A stretch of DNA of 64,000 nt from Nemertoderma westbladi (lineage: Eukaryota; Animalia; Xenacoelomorpha): the NCBI GenBank assembly GCA_032718475.1, contig JAUCBJ010007457.1, positions 27,705 through 91,704 of the forward strand, given 5' to 3'. How positions within the stretch are numbered: the first letter of the stretch is position 1; each line of letters opens with the position of its first letter. The notes beneath the pieces were generated by a model that was not told where the DNA came from, did not search any database, and saw only the letters and a list, made by a program, of their open reading frames with translations. Positions 28,278 to 39,300 of this stretch are shown in pieces. The position numbers were made by a program, and so were the translations under genes.

Positions 28278-28406
28278 CTTTGATGGATTTGTTCTGGGTC
28301 TCAGTGGAGCCCCAGGTCGCAGTTTCGCATGGGGGAATTGACTCAGATACGTCATCATGGAGAGATCATCGACTTTTGGGTTAGTCATGTCTTCCGGTGA
28401 TATTAA
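28278..28406 (-). CDS. FLN: Filamin, coding exon 3 (end of CH2)
   Basis: Acceptor tttattttcag; [43 protein letters not shown]; donor AAG|GTGAGT; 129 nt, phase 0-0. Confidence 0.95.
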
Positions 28407-28536
28407 CTGAAAATAAATAGCATTGTAATCGGAATAAATTAAATCTAAGTAGCAACTGGTTAGTTACGGATAGCTATTGGTTCACTGACACTAAGTAAAG
28501 CAATCCTGAGATATTAAACAACTCACCCATAACCGG

Positions 28537-30076
28537 TGAAACACTCACTTTTCCTACACCAACCCGTGGAACACTCAACCATTCCTACACCAACCTGTGA
28601 ACACTCAACCATTCCTACACCAACCTATGAACACTCAGCCATTCCTACACCAACCTGTGAACACTCAACCATTCCTACACCAACCTGTGGAACACTCAAC
28701 CAGTCCTACACCAACCTGTGAACACTCAACCATTCCTACACCAACCTGTGGAACACTCAGCCATTCCTACACCAACCTGTGGAACACTCAACCATTCCTA
28801 CACCAACCTGTGGAAACTCAGCCATTCCTTCACCAACCTGTGAACACTCAACCATTCCTACACCAACCTGTGAACACTCAACCATTCCTACACCAACCTG
28901 TGGAAACTCAGCCATTCCTTCACCAACCTGTGAACACTCAACAATTCCTACACCAACCTGTGAAAACTCAACCATTCCTACACCAACCTGTGGAAACTCA
29001 GCCATTCCTTCACCAACCTGTGAACACTCAACCATTCCTACACCAACCTGTGAACACTCAACCATTCCTACACCAACCTGTGGAACACTCAACCATTCCT
29101 ACACCAACCTGTGGAAACTCAGCCATTCCTTCACCAACCTGTGAACACTCAACCATTCCTACACCAACCTGTGAACACTCAACCATTCCTACACCAACCT
29201 GTGGAAACTCAGCCATTCCTTCACCAACCTGTGAACACTCAACCATTCCTACACCAACCTGTGAACACTCAACCATTCCTACACCAACCTGTGGAAACTC
29301 AGCCATTCCTTCACCAACCTGTGAACACTCAACCATTCCTACACCAACCTGTGAACACTCAACCATTCCTACACCAACCTGTGGAACACTCAACCATTCC
29401 TACACCAACCTGTGAAAACTCAACCATTCCTACACCAACCTGTGGAACACTCAGCCATTCCTACTCCAACCTGTGGAAACTCAGCCATTCCTACACCAAC
29501 CTGTGGAACACTCAACCATTCCTACACCAACCTGTGGAACACTCAACCATTCCTACACCAACCTGTGGAAACTCAGCCATTCCTTCACCAACCTGTGAAC
29601 ACTCAACCATTCCTACACCAACCTGTGAACACTCAACCATTCCTACACCAACCTGTGGAACACTCAACCATCCCTACACCAACCTGTGGAACACTCAACC
29701 ATTCCTACACCAACCTGTGAAAACTCAACCATTCCTACACCAACCTGTGGAACACTCAACCATTCCTACACCAACCTGTGAACACTCAACCATTCCTACA
29801 CCAAACTGTGGAACACTCAGCCATTCCTACACCAACATGTGGAACACTCAACCATTCCTACATCAACCTGTGGAACCTGTCAACCATTCCTACATCAACC
29901 TGTGGAACACTCAATCATTCCTACACCAAACTGTGGAACACTCAACCATTCCTACACCAACCTGTGGAACACTCAACCCTTCCTACACCAACCTGTGGAA
30001 CACTCAACCATTCCTACACTAACCTGTTGAACACTCAACCATTCCTACACCAACCTGTGGAACACTCAGCCATTCC
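28537..30076. repeat. 30/31-bp minisatellite, about 50 units, whose unit contains the exon 2 3' end and 5' splice site
   Basis: Plus-strand unit GAACACTCAACCATTCCTACACCAACCTGT(G). Sense strand AGGAATGGYTGAGTGTTC(C)ACAG|GTTGGTGT is the exon 2/intron 2 junction. Contains a 90-bp higher-order unit and a 301-bp duplication. Confidence 0.95.
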
Positions 30077-30419
30077 TCGGCTAGTTGCATGGCTTCCTCG
30101 GCGTTCCGGAATGGTTCCTTGGGGTCCCATTTGTCCCAATCGGGACAGAGTCCCGGCGCCAACGCGTCGACAAGGGAACCGATTGTTTTACCGTCGTTCC
30201 AATCACTCGTAAAGTTACCGATCGCCCGGTCGGGTACTTTGCTTTGTACCCATGCCAACAGCCGTTGTTTGGGAGTCAGTGTAGACCCTTTATCCTTATT
30301 GGTACGTGTTACATCGTCATCTCCATCGTACATAGGCATTGAGATTGAGTAATGTAATATCAATGTCCAAATTAAACCAAGAATTAGTTTCACTTTGCCT
30401 TCAACAATATCTGTACTAT
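30055..30419 (-). CDS. FLN: Filamin, coding exon 2 (end of CH1, linker, most of CH2)
   Basis: Acceptor ttgcgttacag at 30420; G+AT completes Asp. [29 protein letters not shown]...[15 protein letters not shown]...[31 protein letters not shown]...[13 protein letters not shown]. Donor CAG|GTTGGT at 30055/30054; 365 nt, ends in phase 0. Confidence 0.95.
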
Positions 30420-31324
30420 CTGTAACGCAATACATAAAAATAAATTAGTTTTATTTTGTCTTTTCTCAGTTTTAGTTTGACCCCACCCGCGGTTGCACCG
30501 TATGGGATTTGGAAATACACCATTTCCAAACCCCATTCTATATCAGCAAGCGAATTGACTGGAGTGCGTTGGGTATGTGAGTGGGCGTGAAGACAAAAAA
30601 GCGAATTGGAGTGCTGCAGATTAGCAGGAATAATACGTAATAATAATGACTTTTTTTTCCTAATTTATTATTTTTAATATTATTCTCAAATTTTTTATTA
30701 ATTACCTTGATAGAAACACGCCGGTACAATAATTATTCTGACTGAAATGTTGTGAAATCAAATGAAATCGGATAAATTTGTTTTGCTTTTAGGGTCATTT
30801 TAGTTTCGTATGATAATAATTTGATATGATCAAAATCAGGAATTGAGCAGGAATAAATACACAATAATGCAACAATTAGCGCACCAGAGAGCAAATGTAG
30901 AATATTATAAGAATTGAAAGCAATATATTTGAATTGGATTCAGCACATTCCCATATGGATAAATTTCACTACTCAAGGTTTACTAATTCATGGAAAATGT
31001 CTGGCGAGTATTTCCTTTCACCGTCACTCTTCTTCGTTAAAAAATTACCCATTTCGATAAAAAAAAAACAATAATTAAGAACCACAGCACTTAAAATGCA
31101 AGTAATGTCTCTCCACATAACATATGCCAATATCAATATGTATATATATTTTATTTTACCGGTTTGATTTTATACCGCAACTGACTTATATCGGTGCATT
31201 GGTGCCTTTACTGTTCTTACCGCCACGTTATCTATTTTCTATTCGTTCATTTGGTTCACAACTATCGCCTGACCAGTTATACCTTGCTGTTGCTATGTAT
31301 ATTTTTATTATGGCCCTACCATTT

Positions 31325-31380
31325 TAATTATAGCCACCGGAGGCGCTAGTCCGGTAATGAAATGAAATGAAATGAAAATG
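31325..31380 (+). repeat. (GAAAT)n microsatellite, possibly the 3' tail of a non-LTR retroposon remnant
   Basis: ccaccggaggcgctagtccgg followed by taatgaaatgaaatgaaatgaaaatg. The retroposon interpretation is inference only. Confidence 0.3.
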
Positions 31381-31438
31381 CCATATACCGAGACCATTCA
31401 GGCCAACCAACATTCCCACAATTTGAATTCACAGTTGA

Positions 31439-32650
31439 AACGTGCCGACATCGCAGGGGGTTTGTAAGTGGTGTATTCCCAAACCCCATACGGTCTCAGC
31501 TCTACAGTTCCTTAACGTGCCGACATCGCAGGGGGTTTGTAAGTGGTGTATTCCCAAACCCCATACGGTCTCAGCTCTACAGTTCCTTAACGTGCCGACA
31601 TCGCAAGGGGTTTGTAAGTGGTGTATTCCCAAACCCCATACGGTCTCAGCTCTACAGTTCCTTAACGTGCCGACATCGCAGGGGGTTTGTAAGTGGTGTA
31701 TTCCCAAACCCCATACGGTCTCAGCTCTACAGTTCCTTAACGTGCCGACATCGCAGGGGGTTTGTAAGTGGTGTATTCCCAAACCCCATACGGTCTCAGC
31801 TCTGAGTTCATTAACGTGCCGACATCGCAGGGGGTTTGGTTTGTAAGTGGTGTATTCCCAAACCCCATACGGTCTCAGCTCTACAGTTCCTTAACATGCC
31901 GACATCGCAGGGGGTTTGTAAGTGGTGTATTCCCAAACCCCATACGGTCTCAGCTCTACAGTTCCTTAACGTGCCGACATCGCAGGGGGTTTGTAAGTAG
32001 TGTATTCCCAAACCCCATACGGTCTCAGCTCTACAGTTCCTTAACGTGCCGACATCGCAGGGGGTTTGTAAGTGGTGTATTCCCAAACCCCATACGGTCT
32101 CAGCTCTGAGTTCCTTAACGTGCCGACATCGCAGGGGGTTTGGTTTGTAAGTGGTGTATTCCCAAACCCCATACGGTCTCAGCTCTACAGTTCCTTAACG
32201 TGCCGACATCGCAGGGGGTTTGTAAGTGGTGTATTCCCAAACCCCATACGGTCTCAGCTCTACAGTTCCTTAACGTGCCGACATCGCAGGGGGTTTGTAA
32301 GTGGTGTATTCCCAAACCCCATACGGTCTCAGCTCTACAGTTCCTTAACGTGTCGACATCGCAGGGGGTTTGTAAGTGGTGTATTCCCAAACCCCATACG
32401 GTCTCAGCTCTACAGTTCCTTAACGTGCCGACATCGCAGGGGGTTTGTAAGTGGTGTATTCCCAAACCCCATACGGTCTCAGCTCTACAGTTCCTTAACG
32501 TGTCGACATCGCAGGGGGTTGGGTTGTAAGTGGTGTATTCCCAAACCCCATACGGTCTCAGCTCTACAGTTCCTTAACGTGCCGACATCGCAGGGGGTTT
32601 GTAAATGGTGTATTCCCAAACCCCATACGGTCTCAGCTCTACAGTTCCTT
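31439..32650. repeat. 75-bp minisatellite, about 16 units, in intron 1
   Basis: Unit AACGTGCCGACATCGCAGGGGGTTTGTAAGTGGTGTATTCCCAAACCCCATACGGTCTCAGCTCTACAGTTCCTT with an internal inverted repeat GGGGTTTG...CAAACCCC. Confidence 0.95.
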
Positions 32651-33329
32651 ATAAACTGCTAGTCTTTGATTGGTCCGCGATTCTGGTTGAATTACATTGC
32701 CAGTGTAGAGACTGTATGGGGGTTGGCCCCCTTCCCTACCTATCGGTGTTTCATATATTATAAGTTGATTTGGCGATATGAGATTAAGACAAAGTGAACA
32801 AACAATAAATAATTTCAAGGAATCTGAGACAATGGGAATCCAGACCTTAATAGAATAATTCATTGTATTCGTTGCCAAGTTATTTCATTAGCGGATGGGA
32901 GAACTGAATACAAGGGAATATTAGACTGGTAAGTGGGGGAGACAGTATTATCGACTGAAAGTAATATAGAATAGCTCCTCGTGCAAAATAAATTAGTTTA
33001 ATCTGTGGCAATAAAACGGCTAATGAGAAGTAATCCTGACATGAGTGTCAGACTGTGTGTCAGAGACAGTGTGACCACGAATTCACACACATGCATGGTT
33101 GGTCAGCTAATAATTCGAATGCTTTAATTCTAGGCCAAAGGTATTTAAGTTCTTCCAAATAAAACTTCACTGTAGATGAGATATTACCTAGCCAGGGCTG
33201 CAGGTCAGAAAGAACACAACCTTCCCTAAATGAGAAAGAACCCAGCATTCCATAGCTGATAAATAATACAAAATTAATGACCTTCTGAAAAAACAACGCA
33301 ACATTCGTTTCCTATCTAAGAAAGAACCC

Positions 33330-36300
33330 AACATTCACTAGCTGAAAAATAACGTAACTTTCACTAGCTGAGAAAGAACGTAACTTTCACTAGCTGAGAA
33401 AGAACGTAACTTTCACTAGCTGAGAAAGAACGTAACTTTCACTAGCTGAGAAAGAACGTAACTTTCACTAGCTGAGAAAGAACGTAACTTTCACTAGCTG
33501 AGAAAGAACGTAACTTTCACTAGCTGAGAAAGAACGTAACTTTCACTAGCTGAGAAAGAACGTAACTTTCACTAGCTGAGAAAGAACGTAACTTTCACTA
33601 GCTGAGAAAGAACGTAACTTTCACTAGCTGAGAAAGAACGCATCTTTCACTAGCTGAGAAAGAACGTAACTTTCACTAGCTGAGAAAGAACGTAACTTTC
33701 ACTAGCTGAGAAAGAACGTAACTTTCACTAGCTGAGAAAGAACGTAACTTTCACTAGCTGAGAAAGAACGTAACTTTCACTAGCTGAGAAAGAACTAACT
33801 TTCTCTAGCTGAGAAAGAACGTAACTTTCTTTAGCTGAGAAAGAACGTAACTTTCACTAGCTGAGAAAGAACGTAACTTTCACTAGCTGAGAAAGAACGT
33901 AACTTTCACTAGCTGAGAAAGAACGTAACTTTCTTTAGCTGAGAAAGAACGTAACTTTCACTAGCTGAGAAAGAACGTAACTTTCACTAGCTGAGAAAGA
34001 ACGTAACTTTCACTAGCTGAGAAAGAACGTAACTTTCACTAGCTGAGAAAGAACGTAACTTTCACTAGCTGAGAAAGAACGTAACTTTCACTAGCTGAGA
34101 AAGAACGTAACTTTCATTAGCTGAGAAAGAAAGTAACTTTCACTAGCTGAGAAAGAACGTAACTTTCCCTAGCTGAGAAAGAAAGTAACTTTCACTAGCT
34201 GAGAAAGAACACAACATTCACTAGCTGAGAAAGAACGTAACTTTCACTAGCTGAGAAAGAACGTAACTTTCCCTAGGTGAGAAAGAACGTAACTTTCACT
34301 AGCTGAGAAAGAACGTAACTTTCTCTAGCTGAGAAAGAACGTAACTTTCACTAGCTGAGAAAGAACTAACTTTCTCTAGCTGAGAAAGAACGCAACTTTC
34401 ACTAGCTGAGAAAGAACTAACTTTCTCTAGCTGAGAAAGAACGCAACTTTCACTAGCTGAGAAAGAACGTAACTTTCCCTAGCTGAGAAAGAACGTAACT
34501 TTCACTAGCTGAGAAAGAACGTAACTTTCACTAGCTGAGAAAGAACGTAACTTTCTTTAGCTGAGAAAGAACGTAACTTTCACTAGCTGAGAAAGAACGT
34601 AACTTTCACTAGCTGAGAAAGAACGTAACTTTCACTAGCTGAGAAAGAACGTAACTTTCTTTAGCTGAGAAAGAACGTAACTTTCACTAGCTGAGAAAGA
34701 ACGTAACTTTCACTTGCTGAGAAAGAACGTAACTTTCACTAGCTGAGAAAGAACTAACTTTCTCTAGTTGAGAAAGAACGCAACTTTCACTAGCTGAGAA
34801 AGAACTAACTTTCTCTAGCTGAGAAAGAACGCAACTTTCACTAGCTGAGAAAGAACGTAACTTTCCCTAGCTGAGAAAGAACGTAACTTTCACTAGCTGA
34901 GAAAGAACGTAACTTTCACTAGCTGAGAAAGAACGTAACTTTCTTTAGCTGAGAAAGAACGTAACTTTCACTAGCTGAGAAAGAACGTAACTTTCTCTAG
35001 CTGAGAAAGAACGTAACTTTCACTAGCTGAGAAAGAACGTAACTTTCACTAGCTGAGAAAGAACGTAACTTTCTTTAGCTGAGAAAGAACGTAACTTTCA
35101 CTAGCTGAGAAAGAACGTAACTTTCTCTAGCTGAGAAAGAACGTAACTTTCATTAGCTGAGAAAGAACGTAACTTTCACTAGCTGAGAAAGAACGTAACT
35201 TTCACTAGCTGAGAAATAACGTAACTTTCTCTAGCTGAGAAAGAACGTAACTTTCATTAGCTGAGAAAGAACGTAACTTTCACTAGCTGAGAAAGAACGT
35301 AACTTTCATTAGCTGAGAAAGAACGTAACTTTCACTAGCTGAGAAAGAACGTAACTTTCTTTAGCTGAGAAAGAACGTAACTTTCACTAGCTGAGAAAGA
35401 ACGTAACTTTCTCTAGCTGAGAAAGAACGTAACTTTCATTAGCTGAGAAAGAACGTAACTTTCACTAGCTGAGAAAGAACGTAACTTTCACTAGCTGAGA
35501 AAGAACGTAACTTTCTTTAGCTGAGAAAGAACGTAACTTTCACTAGCTGAGAAAGAACGTAACTTTCTCTAGCTGAGAAAGAACGTAACTTTCACTAGCT
35601 GAGAAAGAACGTAACTTTCACTAGCTGAGAAAGAACGTAACTTTCTTTAGCTGAGAAAGAACGTAACTTTCACTAGCTGAGAAAGAACGTAACTTTCCCT
35701 AGCTGAGAAAGAACGTAACTTTCACTAGCTGAGAAAGAACGTAACTTTCACTAGCTGAGAAAGAACGTAACTTTCCCTAGCTGAGAAAGAACGTAACTTT
35801 CACTAGCTGAGAAAGAACGTAACTTTCACTAGCTGAGAAAGAACGTAACTTTCTTTAGCTGAGAAAGAACGTAACTTTCACTAGCTGAGAAAGAACGTAA
35901 CTTTCTCTAGCTGAGAAAGAACGTAACTTTCATTAGCTGAGAAAGAACGTAACTTTCACTAGCTGAGAAAGAACGTAACTTTCACTAGCTGAGAAAGAAC
36001 GTAACTTTCACTAGCTGAGAAAGAACGTAACTTTCACTAGCTGAGAAAGAACGTAACTTTCACTAGCTGAGAAAGAACGTAACTTTCCCTAGCTGAGAAA
36101 GAACGTAACTTTCCCTAGCTGAGAAAGAACGTAACTTTCACTAGCTGAGAAAGAACGTAACTTTCACTAGCTGAGAAAGAACGTAACTTTCTTTAGCTGA
36201 GAAAGAACGTAACTTTCACTAGCTGAGAAAGAACGTAACTTTCACTAGCTGAGAAAGAACGTAACTTTCCCTAGCTGAGAAAGAACGTAACTTTCACTAG

Positions 36301-39300
36301 CTGAGAAAGAACACAGCATTCACTAGCTGAGAAAGAACGTAACTTTCACTAGCTGAGAAATAACGTAACTTTCACTAGCTGAGAAAGAACGTAACTTTCA
36401 CTAGCTGAGAAAGAACGTAACTTTCCCTAGCTGAGAAAGAACGTAACTTTCACTAGCTGAGAAAGAACGTAACTTTCCCTAGCTGAGAAAGAACGTAACT
36501 TTCACTAGCTGAGAAAGAACGTAACTTTCACTAGCTGAGAAAGAACGTAACTTTCCCTAGCTGAGAAAGAACGTAACTTTCACTAGCTGAGAAAGAACGT
36601 AACTTTCACTAGCTGAGAAAGAACGTAACTTTCACTAGCTGAGAAAGAACGTAACTTTCCCTAGCTGAGAAAGAACGTAACTTTCACTAGCTGAGAAAGA
36701 ACACAACATTCACTAGCTGAGAAAGAACGTAACTTTCACTAGCTGAGAAAGAACACAACATTCACTAGCTGAGAAAGAACGTAACTTTCACTAGCTGAGA
36801 AAGAACGTAACTTTCACTAGCTGAGAAATAACGTAACTTTCACTAGCTGAGAAAGAACGTAACTTTCACTAGCTGAGAAAGAACACAACATTCACTAGCT
36901 GAGAAAGAACGTAACTTTCACTAGCTGAGAAAGAACGTAACTTTCACTAGCTGAGAAAGAACGTAACTTTCACTAGCTGAGAAAGAACTAACTTTCTCTA
37001 GCTGAGAAAGAACGCAACTTTCACTAGCTGAGAAAGAACGTAACTTTCCCTAGCTGAGAAAGAACGTAACTTTCACTAGCTGAGAAAGAACGTAACTTTC
37101 ACTAGCTGAGAAAGAACGTAACTTTCACTAGCTGAGAAAGAACGTAACTTTCACTAGCTGAGAAAGAACGTAACTTTCACTAGCTGAGAAAGAACACAAC
37201 ATTCACTAGCTGAGAAAGAACGTAACTTTCACTAGCTGAGAAAGAACGTAACTTTCACTAGCTGAGAAAGAACGTAACTTTCACTAGCTGAGAAAGAACT
37301 AACTTTCTCTAGCTGAGAAAGAACGCAACTTTCACTAGCTGAGAAAGAACGTAACTTTCCCTAGCTGAGAAAGAACGTAACTTTCACTAGCTGAGAAAGA
37401 ACGTAACTTTCACTAGCTGAGAAAGAACGTAACTTTCTTTAGCTGAGAAAGAACGTAACTTTCACTAGCTGAGAAAGAACGTAACTTTCACTAGCTGAGA
37501 AAGAACGTAACTTTCCCTAGCTGAGAAAGAACGTAACTTTCACTAGCTGAGAAAGAACACAACATTCACTAGCTGAGAAAGAACGTAACTTTCACTAGCT
37601 GAGAAAGAACGTAACTTTCACTAGCTGAGAAAGAACACAACATTCACTAGCTGAGAAAGAACGTAACTTTCACTAGCTGAGAAAGAACACAACATTCACT
37701 AGCTGAGAAAGAACGTAACTTTCACTAGCTGAGAAAGAACGTAACTTTCACTAGCTGAGAAATAACGTAACTTTCACTAGCTGAGAAAGAACGTAACTTT
37801 CACTAGCTGAGAAAGAACACAACATTCACTAGCTGAGAAAGAACGTAACTTTCACTAGCTGAGAAAGAACGTAACTTTCACTAGCTGAGAAAGAACGTAA
37901 CTTTCACTAGCTGAGAAAGAACGTAACTTTCCCTAGCTGAGAAAGAACGTAACTTTCACTAGCTGAGAAAGAACGTAACTTTCACTAGCTGAGAAAGAAC
38001 GTAACTTTCACTAGCTGAGAAAGAAAGTAACTTTCACTAGCTGAGAAAGAACACAACATTCACTAGCTGAGAAAGAACGTAACTTTCACTTGCTGAGAAA
38101 GAACGTAACATTCACCAGCTGAGAAAGAACGTAACTTTCACTAGCTGAGAAAGAACGTAACTTTCACTAGCTGAGAAAGAACACAACATTCACTAGCTGA
38201 GAAAGAACGTAACTTTCACTTGCTGAGAAAGAACGTAACATTCACCAGCTGAGAAAGAACGTAACTTTCACTAGCTGAGAAAGAACGTAACTGTCACTAG
38301 CTGAGAAAGAACGTAACTTTCACTAGCTGAGAAAGAACACAACATTCACTAGCTGAGAAAGAACGTAACTTTCACTAGCTGAGAAAGAACACAACATTCA
38401 CTAGCTGAGAAAGAACGTAACTTTCACCAGCTGAGAAAGAACGTAACTTTCACTAGCTGAGAAAGAACGTAACTTTCACTAGCTGAGAAAGAACTAACTT
38501 TCTCTAGCTGAGAAAGAACGTAACTATCACTTGCTGAGAAAGAACGTAACTTTCACTAGCTGAGAAAGAACACAACATTCACTAGCTGAGAAAGAACGTA
38601 ACTTTCACTTGCTGAGAAAGAACGTAACTTTCACTAGCTGAGAAAGAACTAACTTTCTCTAGCTGAGAAAGAACGTAACTTTCACTAGCTGAGAAAGAAC
38701 GTAACTTTCACTAGCTGAGAAAGAACACAACATTCACTAGCTGAGAAAGAACGTAACTTTCACTAGCTGAGAAAGAACGTAACTTTCACTAGCTGAGAAA
38801 GAACGTAACTTTCACTTGCTGAGAAAGAACGTAACATTCACCAGCTGAGAAAGAACGTAACTTTCACTAGCTGAGAAAGAACGTAACTTTCCCTAGCTGA
38901 GAAAGAACGTAACTTTCACTAGCTGAGAAAGAACTAACTTTCTCTAGCTGAGAAAGAACGTAACTTTCACTAGCTGAGAAAGAACGTAACTTTCACTAGC
39001 TGAGAAAGAACGTAACTTTCACTAGCTGAGAAAGAACGTAACTTTCACTAGCTGAGAAAGAACGTAACTTTCATTAGCTGAGAAAGAAAGTAACTTTCAC
39101 TAGCTGAGAAAGAACGTAACTTTCCCTAGCTGAGAAAGAACGTAACTTTCACTAGCTGAGAAAGAACACAACATTCACTAGCTGAGAAAGAACGTAACTT
39201 TCACTAGCTGAGAAAGAACGTAACTTTCCCTAGCTGAGAAAGAACGTAACTTTCACTAGCTGAGAAAGAACGTAACTTTCACTAGCTGAGAAAGAACGTA

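Noticed and set aside
28536-30030. HSTIPTPTC / TQPFLHQPV repeat ORFs
   Set aside because: Translations of the 30/31-bp array; mixed unit lengths break the frame repeatedly.
31429-32662. Cys-containing 25-aa repeat ORFs, and a CRISPR-like look of the 75-bp array
   Set aside because: Units are identical head-to-tail with no unique spacers, there are no cas genes, the context is a eukaryotic intron, and indels shift the frames.
32880-33296. Possible decayed LINE reverse-transcriptase fragment / 78-aa ORF
   Set aside because: Only vague resemblance with several stops and no diagnostic motif; part of the ORF is degenerate satellite.
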